Origin: a virus
Virus record (IMG/VR): IMGVR_UViG_3300048582_000136
Coordinates: 1-64,000 of that record
Strand: one strand, 5' to 3'
Length of the DNA: 64,000 nt
Numbering within the stretch: the first letter of the stretch is position 1; every line of letters starts with the position of its first letter. The translations under genes were made by a program, and so were the position numbers. Shown piece after piece: positions 47,742 to 57,894 of this stretch. The notes beneath the pieces are model-generated. The model ran no database searches and was not told the DNA's origin. It saw only the letters and a list, made by a program, of their open reading frames with translations.

Positions 47742-48036
47742 CGGTGGTTCCTCCCATCCGGTTTTGAATAAGCTCTTTGATGAAGGCCCTGTCCGAAACC
47801 AAAGCCGTCCCGACATCCAAAAGGATCATGCCGAAAGCCATGATACCGACTGTTGCAATGTTTTCGGAAACAGAGAACCAGCGAGCAGCGTCTCCGGAAA
47901 GGCCCACAGCAAGCGCTGCACTGGCCAAGGTTTTTCCAGTACGTTTCACTATGGGTTCTCTTTCTGCATCGCGTGTCGCGATGTAGAGGACCATGCCCAA
48001 GAGCACGAACCAGTATTCTATCGGTTTACTCATCAT
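47728..48036 (-). CDS. putative holin
   Basis: 102 aa, about 3 hydrophobic segments, first gene of the lysis cassette, AAGGAG RBS. Confidence 0.7.
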   Translation of the reverse strand: MMSKPIEYWFVLLGMVLYIATRDAEREPIVKRTGKTLASAALAVGLSGDAARWFSVSENIATVGIMAFGMILLDVGTALVSDRAFIKELIQNRMGGTTDGKS

Positions 48037-48183
48037 CGCCGTTCATCTGCTCCTTGGCTCTTCAGCATTTCATTTCTCTTTCTCTCAGTATTTGAAGAAC
48101 GCGCCCGAAAAGAACGTGAGCGGATCAGTCATTACTGTCGTACTGCCACTACGGAAACTAGACATCCTGAGATGTTGTGCACA

Positions 48184-49914
48184 TCAAAGCTCCGTTATTG
48201 TGTAAAAGGAACTGGGCGCAATGTTGTTTTCCCCGTCCGCCTTCATCCAAGCTTCGGAAACGTAGTCATTGCGCGCCCAGGCATACTGGTAATAGCCCTC
48301 GCCTTGTTCGTTGCCTGCGGTGTCGGAACCGTTGATCGTGAATTCCATGTTGGACCCGGTGCCAGATGGCCGCGCGGAAATCGTGTTGTCGGTGGCGGCA
48401 AGCGCGCCGTCTTTGAACAGCCGCCGCTGCGTTGTGCCGTTGTGCTGCGACGCCACCCGGAAGGTGTCCTTGTAGGCAGGGTCATAGGTCGATTCCAGCC
48501 AAGTGTCGGTGCTGTTCCACAGCGCCAGACGGTTGCTGGACGTGCGATAAGCAGTTGTCGCACGTTGGCTGGAGCTGGTCCCGTTCGACATGGAGAAGAA
48601 AGCTTGCTGGAGGTCGCCGGTCAATTCGACCCAATGGACGGTTAGGCCTGCCGACCATACGGTAGACATCGGGTAGCGTTCCCAACTCGTCTGGTAGTGA
48701 AGCCGCCCAAAGTCAGCCAGCGCGTCCACCTTTTCCAAGACGGTCAGGTCGCCGTCGCCGTCCATGTGGTAAAGCTTGCCCGTGCTGGGGACGTAGGACA
48801 GGCCCTCGCCATCACCGCCTTGCGGGTTGACAAATTCATTGTCTAGCGCGACATCGACCACCCCGGTCTTGGAGACTTTCGTGATGCGGTTATTGTTCGT
48901 CGAAAGCAGTATCTCACCGTCAACGAAGGTGATGCCGTTCATCAGCGGGACGGTCGTGCTCAGAGAGACTGCCCCGAGATAGTTTCCGGACGTATCCCAC
49001 TGCATCAGGCTGGTGCCGTCCGTGTAGTCCACGCCCCAGATCGTGCCGGTGTCCGGGTCTTGCGCGATGCCTGCGACGGCGCGGTTCTGGGCAGAGACGT
49101 TGTAGTAGCGATCAAGCGCCAGCGTCGTCAGGTTGAAAACGCAGAGATACTCCTTGTAGGTCCCGACGAAGGGATATTCTTGGATCGGAACCCAGAGTTC
49201 GCCTGCAATGATGCAGCCATCGCTGGTGTGGTTCAGCGCGGTCACGCCGGTTGCGGTTTTCATATCGCCTACCGGGTCAAGGTTGGACGCGAGAACCGTG
49301 GTCGGTGAAGCCACTGTTGCGCGGCGGAGGCCGTTGGTGTCGATCGTGATGAGGTTGCCGGATGCGTCCACGGCAACGCCTTGTTCTGGTGTGCCGGTCA
49401 ATCCGCCGTAGTAATCGACCCGCTTCCACTCTGAAAATGCCGTGCTGACCGCGTTGCGGGTAAACGAATTGCCCGTGCGGTTGTCCGTCTGCGGATAGAC
49501 GATGACCACCTCATAATCCGACCAGACCGCGTTGCGCCCGTTGGTATCGGTGACGGCAAGGGCAACCTCGGACGGGCCAAGAAGCTTGATGATGACATCG
49601 TTGTTCGATGCGGTCAGCAGCGTGGTTTTGGTGAACATGCGCCCGAGTTCGCGGGCCTTGTTAATGTAGGTGACATCGTGCGGGATCATCGTCACCCCGT
49701 CGGCAGCATAAGCGCGGATATTGCCGCCGTCGCTGCGAACATCCGTCCAGAAGCTGGCAGGCATCCCCGAGAGGTCGATCATCAGCGGAAAGTCGGTCAA
49801 GTCTGCTGTGACCTCGCCCGAGGCCACGCGAACCTGATATTCGCCACCGACAAAAGCGCCAGTGTCCTTGTCGATCGAAGCGGCAATGATGCCAGAGAGA
49901 AGAGGGTGCGCCAT
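48184..49914 (-). CDS. fibre-associated/receptor-binding protein (DUF2341-like N-terminus, beta-propeller, ConA/LamG-like C-terminus)
   Basis: LTDFPLMIDL...DGGNIR, repeated GVAVD/GIAQD/GITF/GLSY blades; TGATG coupling at 49914. Confidence 0.65.
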   Translation of the reverse strand: MAHPLLSGIIAASIDKDTGAFVGGEYQVRVASGEVTADLTDFPLMIDLSGMPASFWTDVRSDGGNIRAYAADGVTMIPHDVTYINKARELGRMFTKTTLLTASNNDVIIKLLGPSEVALAVTDTNGRNAVWSDYEVVIVYPQTDNRTGNSFTRNAVSTAFSEWKRVDYYGGLTGTPEQGVAVDASGNLITIDTNGLRRATVASPTTVLASNLDPVGDMKTATGVTALNHTSDGCIIAGELWVPIQEYPFVGTYKEYLCVFNLTTLALDRYYNVSAQNRAVAGIAQDPDTGTIWGVDYTDGTSLMQWDTSGNYLGAVSLSTTVPLMNGITFVDGEILLSTNNNRITKVSKTGVVDVALDNEFVNPQGGDGEGLSYVPSTGKLYHMDGDGDLTVLEKVDALADFGRLHYQTSWERYPMSTVWSAGLTVHWVELTGDLQQAFFSMSNGTSSSQRATTAYRTSSNRLALWNSTDTWLESTYDPAYKDTFRVASQHNGTTQRRLFKDGALAATDNTISARPSGTGSNMEFTINGSDTAGNEQGEGYYQYAWARNDYVSEAWMKADGENNIAPSSFYTITEL

Positions 49915-51047
49915 CAGACAAGCTCCAGATCGCCGGTCAGATCCCAAGTGTCCGTCGCGACCTTGATCAGCGCGCCGGTCGATCCCGTCTTGCGAAGCTT
50001 CAGGGTTTCGGCGGTGTTGATCGTCACGCCGCCCGAGGCAACGAATGTGATCTGCCCAGCGCCCGCCTGCCGGACCTGAATGACCGTTCCGACCGGAAAC
50101 GCCACCGAGGCATTCGTCGGGACCGTCAGATCAACTGCGCTGCCCGATGTCATGCGGATGTATTTGCCCGCGTCGGTCAGGAGGAGGTTATAGGCCCCGG
50201 CCTGCGTGTTCAGTTCGACCAGCCTGGGATCTGCCCAAGTGCCATCAGCGCGCAGGTAGTTCACCGTACCGCCACCAGAGGCCGGCGTAACCCCATTGAG
50301 AGATGTGGTGAAGGTGTTAAGCAGCGTAGTAATCTGTGCCCCGGTCAGGTCAGTGATACCCCCGCCACTCAGGCGTCCCACCACCCGATCTTGCCCAACA
50401 ACGATGTCTTCTGGATCGCCGCTTCCGGCTGACGCCCTACCTTTCAGCGTGCGCCCCGCCATGTCGGCCAGCTTTGTGTTGTCGATCGCATTGGCTGCAA
50501 CCGTCCCTGCACCACCCGAAGCAGCAAAGGTAACATCACCTGAACCAAACGCAGGAAGTCTTCCTGTTGGAAGGGTTCCTACAACCAAGTCACTAGCCGA
50601 GCCACTGAAAGCTACAGCGGCAATATCTGCCACCCATTTGCCAAGCTTTGCAAATGCTCCAAGAATTGTGTCGGAAGCGCTCAATGAAACCCTGGATTCA
50701 GAGGCGGAATAACCACTCAGACTGGTTGCTCGTGTAGCCATCCCAAAGTCTGTTATCTCTGTCGAATCGTGGTTGTGAGCCACGGCAGGAAATACACTGG
50801 GTTTTGAAAGGATATCATCCCAGTCTACACCAGTAGGACCACCACCAGGCCCACTTTCGATCAAAACCAACAGCCCTGCGTAGTTTTCAGCCGAAATCAA
50901 GCCTGCATTTTCAGCAGTTGCCAAAGGCAAGAAAGTTCCATCACCCGTGGATGATGCAAGCCAGCGGGTTTGTGGGTCGTATTTTAGACTCGTAAAGGGA
51001 CCTGGATCCCAGTTGCTCGGCGGATTGATTGACGGAACACGCTTCAT
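49914..51047 (-). CDS. tail fibre protein 2
   Basis: Gly/Ala/Thr-rich; NYLRADGTW; C-terminal DAGKYI...TVP...FPVGT.I...Q.GAG domain. Confidence 0.75.
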   Translation of the reverse strand: MKRVPSINPPSNWDPGPFTSLKYDPQTRWLASSTGDGTFLPLATAENAGLISAENYAGLLVLIESGPGGGPTGVDWDDILSKPSVFPAVAHNHDSTEITDFGMATRATSLSGYSASESRVSLSASDTILGAFAKLGKWVADIAAVAFSGSASDLVVGTLPTGRLPAFGSGDVTFAASGGAGTVAANAIDNTKLADMAGRTLKGRASAGSGDPEDIVVGQDRVVGRLSGGGITDLTGAQITTLLNTFTTSLNGVTPASGGGTVNYLRADGTWADPRLVELNTQAGAYNLLLTDAGKYIRMTSGSAVDLTVPTNASVAFPVGTVIQVRQAGAGQITFVASGGVTINTAETLKLRKTGSTGALIKVATDTWDLTGDLELV

Positions 51048-51126
51048 TTTATTGTCCTTGTGTGCTCGATTGGGTCGCTTTTGTTGGTGTCCACGTCCTG
51101 CTCCTGTGTCTTGCGGGGGGTCATGG

Positions 51127-54030
51127 TCAAAGCCCAGCCGTCAGCAGGTAGGCCATATGCCAGCGGTTGTCGGTTGCCGTGGCCCCGACCATTGCCTCTA
51201 TTCGCTGAGCGAGCGTTGTTGTGCTGGTCGGGATGTTCGTGGTGAGGGAGCCTTCCGCGACAAAGCGTGTATCGGTGCGGCGCACCATGTAGCGGACAAA
51301 AGCGGAGTTTGCAGGCGCGTAGAAGCAATACTCATAGGCCGCTGTTGCGGACGGCACAGGGAAGTTGGCCCCGAGGTTTACCGGTGTCCCCGCCGTTCCG
51401 GATGCGTAATAGACGCGAAGGGTGGTGTCAGCAGTCTGAGCCCCAATAAGAAGGCATTGTGTCAGAGCGTTGTTTAGTGTGGTTGAAACCGCACTGGTTC
51501 CAAGCATACCGGCGCGAACAGCCCCAGACGTGGCCCCCATCAGCGGGAAACGGACATGGCCCGCGTTGAAGAACCCGTTGACGTTGGTGGTGTCACCTCT
51601 GCGGTAATAGGTGGTAACAGTCCGAATGCTCGTTGTGCCGTTTGCAGCGTTGTTTGTCCCTTGGGTAAACCCCCAATATTCAAACGGAGAGCTGTTGGCT
51701 GGAGCATTTGTCGACAGGGTTGCGGTTGTCGTTGACAGAGGGTAGCCGATCACGGCGATAGAGGTTGTGGTGTTCGGCAGGAAGATGTGACCCGCACGAC
51801 CGGGCTGATACACGTCGAAGCTTTGCGAAACCAGCCGCCACCGAGATAGGGTAGCATCGTATCGAAGCTGAATGCTCTCAGTCGGCAAAAGCCATATAGA
51901 GCCGAAGGCCCGGAAGTTAAACCTGTTCGCCGCCGTGCTGGCCGTGCTTTCATTCTCAAGGCAGATGACGAAGGTACTGTCGTTGAACAGCGTGACGAAT
52001 TGGTCGGTCGCCCCTGCCGCAATGCCGGTAATGAAGCTGTTGGTTGTCGGCTGCGCCTTGATCGTGCCGGTGCCAGCGTCAAAGCCCGAAGGTGCCCAGT
52101 TGGCTTGGTCCGTTCCTGGTGCCGCCGTTACAAGGCCGTTGATGGTCAGGACAGCGGAAGAGGTGCCGGTTGCCCGTGCGCCAAGGCCGACGACATTCAG
52201 CGTCGCAAGGCCTGTGGTGACGTTGACGCCCTCGTCTTGCAGGGTGATCGGCGATCCGCCGCCAGCCGCCGCCCAGGTTCCATCGGCGCGCAGGAAGTTC
52301 GTCGTCCCGCCACCGGATGCAGGCGCAAGCCCGGCCTGCGTCGAGTTGAACGCGGTCAGGGTCGCATCGGTGCCGGTGTCGCTGGTGACGGTGCTGGTGG
52401 CCGCGTCCCATGCGAGGTTGGTGGCACCACCGCCGCCCGAGGCGTTCAACGTCGTGCCCGACATGGTGAGGTTTGTGCCAAGCGTGATGGCCGCAATGTC
52501 GCCGGTCGATCCGCGCCCGAGAAGCTGCGAAGCGCCAATCGCGACTTCACCCACGTTGCCAGTGGTGGCCGCAGCGCGGGCAAGGACGATATTCGCGCCG
52601 ACGTTGGCGATCTTGTTCAGCGCAACAGCGTTGTTTGAGATTTGCGCGCCGACAACCTGCGCCGCGACAATATCACCGGCCACGCGGCCCAAGACCGTGT
52701 TGGTCGGGATGTTCAGATCAGTCGGGTCGGCGGTCGAAGCCGTCGCGTTTACCTTGACGGTATTGGCCGCCATGTTGGCCAGCTTGGTGTTGTCCACCGC
52801 GTCAGCGGCGATGGTCAGGGCAGTGCCGCCCGCCGTCTTGGTCACGTCGCCGGTAAAGGCCGAGGTGCGGATACTGCCCGTGCCACTGAACTCGATGCCG
52901 CCTGTGACCGTGATGGCTTCCGGGTCGCCCGTGGCCGCTGTGTCGCGCCCGATCAGCGTATCGGTGGCGATGTCTGCCATCTTAGCGAAACTGACGGCAT
53001 TGTTCGCGATGGTGCCCGCGCCGCCGCCCGAGGCAAACGACACATCGCCCGAACCGAAGGACGGAAGCCGCGCCGCCGGAAGCGTGCCAGCGCCAAGGTC
53101 GGACGCGCTGCCAGAGGTGGCGACAGCGGCAAGGCCCGACACATCCCCCGCAGCGATGGACAACAGCGTCTTGACCTGTGCTGCCGTCAAGGCAATCGGG
53201 GTTGCAGGTGATCCGGTGTTGTTCCCGATGATGGTGGACGCCGCAAGGTTGGCCATCTTGGACAGCGTGACCGCGCCCGCCGTGATGGTCGTCGCGCCGT
53301 CCCCGACCGACGTGACATCGCCGGTATGATTCGGGTGGGCGTAGTTGTTCGCGCCCGTGGCGATGCTGTCCAGCTTGGTCTTGTCGGCGCCGGACATGAA
53401 GCCCGCGACCGAAGTGGTGGCCGCCGGGTGCAGCGTGCCGCCGGCCCGAGTTCCGTGCGCCGTATCGTCAAACCGCGCGGCAGGCAGAGTGCCCGCCGAC
53501 AGATCGCTGGCGCTTCCCGACGTAGCGACCGCGGCCAGCCCGGAAACGTCTCCGGCGACAATCGCCAACAGTGTCTTGGCCTGTGCCGGGGTCAGCGCCT
53601 CTGGATCGCCCGTACCGGTCGTCACGCGGCCGAGAATGGTGCTGGTAGCCAAGTCGGCCATCTTCGACAACGTGACTACGTTGTTGTCGATCGTCCACGT
53701 CGCGCCCGAACCGCTGACCGTGATGTCGCCCTTGTCGCCGTCAGACACGCCACCGCCGCCTGCCGGTTGCCAGGACGTGTCATAATCCGTCGCACTGTTC
53801 TTCGTCAAAATATGTCCGGTTGTACCACCGGCCGGTACACTCTTGCCCGGAACCAAAATGATACTTTCGTATTCCGCCACCAAAAAACTGATCTCATCGA
53901 GCTTCTCGTGGATATTGAGAATTTTTTCGATGTTGTCCCCGACCACCTTTACGGTGTCGTAAGCAGTGCCCACAAACCGATTTACGTTTGTCGGATCACT
54001 TTCTTTTACTGAAGACGGAGCCCTTTTCAT
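51127..54030 (-). CDS. long tail fibre protein
   Basis: N4-type N-terminus (FVGTAYDTVK.V), GGTTG..L.K.S.TDYD..W, multiple internal repeats. Confidence 0.85.
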   Translation of the reverse strand: MKRAPSSVKESDPTNVNRFVGTAYDTVKVVGDNIEKILNIHEKLDEISFLVAEYESIILVPGKSVPAGGTTGHILTKNSATDYDTSWQPAGGGGVSDGDKGDITVSGSGATWTIDNNVVTLSKMADLATSTILGRVTTGTGDPEALTPAQAKTLLAIVAGDVSGLAAVATSGSASDLSAGTLPAARFDDTAHGTRAGGTLHPAATTSVAGFMSGADKTKLDSIATGANNYAHPNHTGDVTSVGDGATTITAGAVTLSKMANLAASTIIGNNTGSPATPIALTAAQVKTLLSIAAGDVSGLAAVATSGSASDLGAGTLPAARLPSFGSGDVSFASGGGAGTIANNAVSFAKMADIATDTLIGRDTAATGDPEAITVTGGIEFSGTGSIRTSAFTGDVTKTAGGTALTIAADAVDNTKLANMAANTVKVNATASTADPTDLNIPTNTVLGRVAGDIVAAQVVGAQISNNAVALNKIANVGANIVLARAAATTGNVGEVAIGASQLLGRGSTGDIAAITLGTNLTMSGTTLNASGGGGATNLAWDAATSTVTSDTGTDATLTAFNSTQAGLAPASGGGTTNFLRADGTWAAAGGGSPITLQDEGVNVTTGLATLNVVGLGARATGTSSAVLTINGLVTAAPGTDQANWAPSGFDAGTGTIKAQPTTNSFITGIAAGATDQFVTLFNDSTFVICLENESTASTAANRFNFRAFGSIWLLPTESIQLRYDATLSRWRLVSQSFDVYQPGRAGHIFLPNTTTSIAVIGYPLSTTTATLSTNAPANSSPFEYWGFTQGTNNAANGTTSIRTVTTYYRRGDTTNVNGFFNAGHVRFPLMGATSGAVRAGMLGTSAVSTTLNNALTQCLLIGAQTADTTLRVYYASGTAGTPVNLGANFPVPSATAAYEYCFYAPANSAFVRYMVRRTDTRFVAEGSLTTNIPTSTTTLAQRIEAMVGATATDNRWHMAYLLTAGL

Positions 54031-54725
54031 TTCCAGCCCCGCATTTCAAGCTTGGTGCTGGTTTCGGGAATGCTCGTCGATACAAGGTCTTTTTCTAGCA
54101 CCTCAGCGCAGACCGCTTCGAACATCGCGTAATGCTCGGCCGCCTTTACAGAATGCTCCTGTCCGTTCATCGGCGACATGATCTTGTGCGCGACGTAGGC
54201 TTCCAGAGCCGGATGAAGAATCTCCGGCAAATCGATTTCAGCAGTCAGGTCTTCATACGTCAGACGAACATGCTTCGCCTGATACATGACGAAATATGTG
54301 TTTCCCTGGGTGGGTTCGGTGATCTGCAACGTTGTTGGGTTTGGGGTGTATATCTTCCCGAGACCACTGGGATCGTTCAGAACCAGCTGACAACCGCCTT
54401 CGTCGAAGACACTCAGAATTCTGATCACGTCTTCTTCAAACGGTTCCGCAAGGGAATCGCTGATATATTTTTGAGGAACGATCGCAGGATCAGTATCCGC
54501 AAAAATCTTCTTCAGTTGGTATAAAGTGATCGTATCGTAAGTCCGAACCTGGACTTCTTTTTCCTGAAGAATGAACTTTCCATGAAGAGCTGTCAGCCCT
54601 TGATTGATTGCTCGGCACACCTTTTCCTGATGCTCAAAGGGAATGAAGCCAGAGCCCTCTCCACCCACTTGAAGGTTGGACAGGACTCCCAGCGAAAGGT
54701 CTTTGTAGAGCTCTTCGAGCGTCAT
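54027..54725 (-). CDS. N4 gp67-like virion (head-tail adaptor) protein
   Basis: L..LS.GVLSNL, INQGLT.LH.KF, YQAKH, ends RGW. Confidence 0.85.
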   Translation of the reverse strand: MTLEELYKDLSLGVLSNLQVGGEGSGFIPFEHQEKVCRAINQGLTALHGKFILQEKEVQVRTYDTITLYQLKKIFADTDPAIVPQKYISDSLAEPFEEDVIRILSVFDEGGCQLVLNDPSGLGKIYTPNPTTLQITEPTQGNTYFVMYQAKHVRLTYEDLTAEIDLPEILHPALEAYVAHKIMSPMNGQEHSVKAAEHYAMFEAVCAEVLEKDLVSTSIPETSTKLEMRGWK

Positions 54726-54741
54726 CGTCGCATCCCGTTTT

Positions 54742-56373
54742 TCAGACGATGTAGGAGCTAATGCCACCTACCCCGCCATCATCTTTGTCATCCACATCCC
54801 AGTGATCGTCTTTACGAGTCACGGGGGTATCCTCGGTTGGCTTCCAGGGCGTCATGTGCATCAGCATCGAGATCGTATCGAGGCAATCGTCCTTGCCTTT
54901 CAGCCCGTTCACCGTTGCCAGGCTGATCTGGCTCATGAACTCGACCATGATCTTGCTGGTCCTCATCTCGGTCGGGAAATACATCTTCCCGGCCTTGAAC
55001 AGTGGAACCACCAGGTTGAAACGGCTGAGCTTATTCGTCGTCGGCCGGATCCCTGGCTTCCCCTTCTCCAACGCGAAACTGAACCAGATGTTGCGGTTCA
55101 TTTGTTCTTGCTGGAGCCACTGGATGAAGGCGCCCTGTTGGCCAGTGATTTCCACACCTACCTGTTGGGGGCGATACTCGGATACCAGTCGGAAGAGAGC
55201 ATCGATCGACTTGTCCATGGTCTGGCGTTCACAGACGCCGTCGACCCAGAACCAGTCCCCATTCGCGTTATACGCCCAGACCGAGATGACCGAAAAGTCA
55301 GCCGTTTCCTTGTCCGAGGTCGCGAAATCGGTTGTGATATAGAAGTTGAACCTACCTCGATTGTTTAGCAGACTCGGTCGGGAATACCAGCGGATTTCTT
55401 CTTCCTGGATCAAACGCTCATCAGCCGAAGAGATCCGCAGCATCAGTTCCTGGTTGAAAGCCGAAAGCTTTCCGGACATGGCCGAGACTTCATATTGTTC
55501 TTTCACAAAGTCATAGGAGAACCGGTCTTCCCAGGCTCCACGAAACTCTTCCCTTGTGCAGGGAAAGCGCTCACAGATCGGCCAGACGTTCACATCCCAG
55601 GCCCCGGATTCCACCGCCTCGTAGAGGATGTCATCCTTGTTGAAAGGGGTGCCGTTGAAGATGATCTTCCGACGGGTCGGATCGAGCGCGTAGTCCACAC
55701 CCTTGTAGACCGTGTCCTTAATCGCCTGCATGGCGGCCTTGGACTTTGCATCGTCATCCGACAAGAGGTCATCAAGCACACAGAGCGGGGGACGTTTCCC
55801 AAAGATCTTCGTCCCGCGGATACCGGTCTTAGCCCCAAACAGCTTAACGCCGAACCGGCCACCTTCCTTGTTCTTGAACTCGAAATAGTTGTCGGTGAAG
55901 CTTGCTTCTTCGATCCATTCCTGCAGCCACTCGGAGTTGTGGTAGCGGTATTCAATGTTCTTCCGCAGACTCTTGCAGCCGTTGTCCATCGAGTCCGAGA
56001 TGTAGATCATGGCATCGACCTTGCCGAAGCCATCAATCTCCCCGAAGACCGCCAGGTAGAGCACCAGGTATTCCGCCATCAAGGTGGTCTTGGCCATCCC
56101 TCGGGCGCAGAGGTTCGCCACCCTGGTTCGCTTGCCCTGGATCTTGTCGAGCATCTTTAGGTGCACGACTGGCGTCTTGTGGCTTTCGCCTTGGGCTCCG
56201 TTCACCAGCTTGATGAAGTTCATGAACTTCAGGGCAAACGTCGACGGCACATAGCTGCCGTCGTTCAGGCTCGAGTAGTCAACCCCGTCCAACCATGCGT
56301 CGACGGTCTGCTTCTCGTAGCCAAGGTAAAATTCTGCCTTGGCTGCCTCGACAGGGTTGACAAAGGGGGTCAC
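54742..56373 (-). CDS. terL: terminase large subunit (N4 gp68-like)
   Basis: RGMAKTT, VLDDLL, GTPF, TTDFA, KDDCLDTISML. Confidence 0.95.
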   Translation of the reverse strand: MTPFVNPVEAAKAEFYLGYEKQTVDAWLDGVDYSSLNDGSYVPSTFALKFMNFIKLVNGAQGESHKTPVVHLKMLDKIQGKRTRVANLCARGMAKTTLMAEYLVLYLAVFGEIDGFGKVDAMIYISDSMDNGCKSLRKNIEYRYHNSEWLQEWIEEASFTDNYFEFKNKEGGRFGVKLFGAKTGIRGTKIFGKRPPLCVLDDLLSDDDAKSKAAMQAIKDTVYKGVDYALDPTRRKIIFNGTPFNKDDILYEAVESGAWDVNVWPICERFPCTREEFRGAWEDRFSYDFVKEQYEVSAMSGKLSAFNQELMLRISSADERLIQEEEIRWYSRPSLLNNRGRFNFYITTDFATSDKETADFSVISVWAYNANGDWFWVDGVCERQTMDKSIDALFRLVSEYRPQQVGVEITGQQGAFIQWLQQEQMNRNIWFSFALEKGKPGIRPTTNKLSRFNLVVPLFKAGKMYFPTEMRTSKIMVEFMSQISLATVNGLKGKDDCLDTISMLMHMTPWKPTEDTPVTRKDDHWDVDDKDDGGVGGISSYIV

Positions 56374-56735
56374 TTACCTTGTGCCCCCAGGCGATCGTCG
56401 GTGCCCACGCCACGCTCTTCGTAGGCGATCAGGAAGGCGATGCAGCAGCCTGCGTGCCAGAGATGAGACCGGCCGGTTTCCTGATCCAAGGAACCAAAGA
56501 TAAAGCTCTCCGTGGTTGGACCTTTGCCACCCCACCAGCACCACATGTGTCGCATCAGAGCGCCGAACACACGGCCCCAGCTCATGCCTTTTTCCCAATT
56601 CCGATCGGCATACTTGTTGGCGCCAAACGTCAGGATCTCGCCAACGGCGAAGACGAGTTCCGGGGGGATGAGGTCCAGCCGAACCTTGCCTGAATCCAGT
56701 TTGGTGCCCTCGGGAAGGGTGCTACCATCTGCCAT
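56370..56735 (-). CDS. DUF5664 / dATP-dGTP diphosphohydrolase-domain protein
   Basis: G.K.DSGK.RLDLIP...FGA.KY..RNWEKG...ALMRH...D.ETG.SHL.HA. Confidence 0.85.
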   Translation of the reverse strand: MADGSTLPEGTKLDSGKVRLDLIPPELVFAVGEILTFGANKYADRNWEKGMSWGRVFGALMRHMWCWWGGKGPTTESFIFGSLDQETGRSHLWHAGCCIAFLIAYEERGVGTDDRLGAQGK

Positions 56736-56736
56736 T

Positions 56737-57876
56737 CTAGTGTCCTCGATAAGTGTTTCTGAGGTTGGAGGTAATCCGCCCGATCTCGCCCCAGCTCTTG
56801 TGGACGGTCATCGCCGTCAGGGTTCCTCGGGAGAACAGCCCTTTGGTCTTGGCCCAGATGTTGGGCCTGTGTAGGGTCTGGAATTGCTCGGCGATGCAAC
56901 CGACCAGCTCCTGCTTCTTTCCGTGATGGAAGTGTGCCGTCATGATGATCCGGTGCATCTTTGCGGCCGCCCATGCGTCAGCGAATTGATCTGCCCAGAC
57001 ATCCTTCAGGCCAGCCCAGTTGAGGGTGTCGCCATGGTGCGGGAAGGCCGCACACTCGCCCCAGGAGATCACCCGATACTCGTCTTCGGTGATGACGAAG
57101 GTCACACGGTCGTTCAGTTCGAAGTGTGCCTGTAGAGCCAGCGCCACAGCCATGTAGGCGGTCGGATCGTGGTTGCCTTTGATGAAGTGCACCTCGACCG
57201 TCTGGTGCGTCTCGAGGAGCCGGTAGACCGCTCTCCGCATCAGGCGAATGGCAACCCGTGTGTTCGTCAGGTGTTGGTGCTTGATGACGTCCAGAGGGTT
57301 CCCGGAGTTGGGTGTCACCCCTTTGTGGTCGTTGGCTTCGAGCAAATCTCCGAGCTCGATCAAGACCGCATGCGAGGCACGAGGCAAACGAGTGACCACA
57401 TCGTCGAAGGCCTGATTGAACTCTTCTTCATTCTTGGGGTCTCCGTAGTGGCCGCCAATATGGAGGTCGGCCAAAGCGATCCAATTCGCCAGATCCGCAT
57501 CCGCATGTTCCCGTCCTGGAACCAAGGAGATCGGGAGCAGCCGAGGGATGTCGTCGAGGCTTTCAATCACTGCATCGGCGAAGCTGATCTTCTCATCCGT
57601 GTCCCCGATCATAAAGTAGAGCGAGCTTCCGGATCCGTATTTGTCCTTGTCCAAGAGCCAACCGGAATGGAGCGATCCGAGGTCTGTCAGCCCTTTTTCT
57701 GTCAGCCGGCGTAGAAGTTCCGGATCAAGGCTTGCTCGTTTCTTGGCTGATGCAATTCGCCGTTGTACTGCTCTCCGATTCATGTTGAGAGCCCTGGCAA
57801 TCTGCCTTTGGCTCATTCCCTGGTCGAGCTGTTCTTGAATCAACCGCTCTTCTTCTTCGAAGGTTCTACCTGACAT
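56737..57876 (-). CDS. calcineurin-like metallophosphoesterase with N-terminal HTH
   Basis: GMSQRQIARALNM HTH; ADLHIG, LGDLL, GNHD, HGD, AHFHH. Confidence 0.85.
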   Translation of the reverse strand: MSGRTFEEEERLIQEQLDQGMSQRQIARALNMNRRAVQRRIASAKKRASLDPELLRRLTEKGLTDLGSLHSGWLLDKDKYGSGSSLYFMIGDTDEKISFADAVIESLDDIPRLLPISLVPGREHADADLANWIALADLHIGGHYGDPKNEEEFNQAFDDVVTRLPRASHAVLIELGDLLEANDHKGVTPNSGNPLDVIKHQHLTNTRVAIRLMRRAVYRLLETHQTVEVHFIKGNHDPTAYMAVALALQAHFELNDRVTFVITEDEYRVISWGECAAFPHHGDTLNWAGLKDVWADQFADAWAAAKMHRIIMTAHFHHGKKQELVGCIAEQFQTLHRPNIWAKTKGLFSRGTLTAMTVHKSWGEIGRITSNLRNTYRGH

Positions 57877-57894
57877 CTCGCCTCTTCATCATGC

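Noticed and set aside
51044-51328. 94-aa ORF between the fibre genes
   Set aside because: Mostly overlaps the long fibre gene; at most a 26-aa stub (51044-51124) is plausible.
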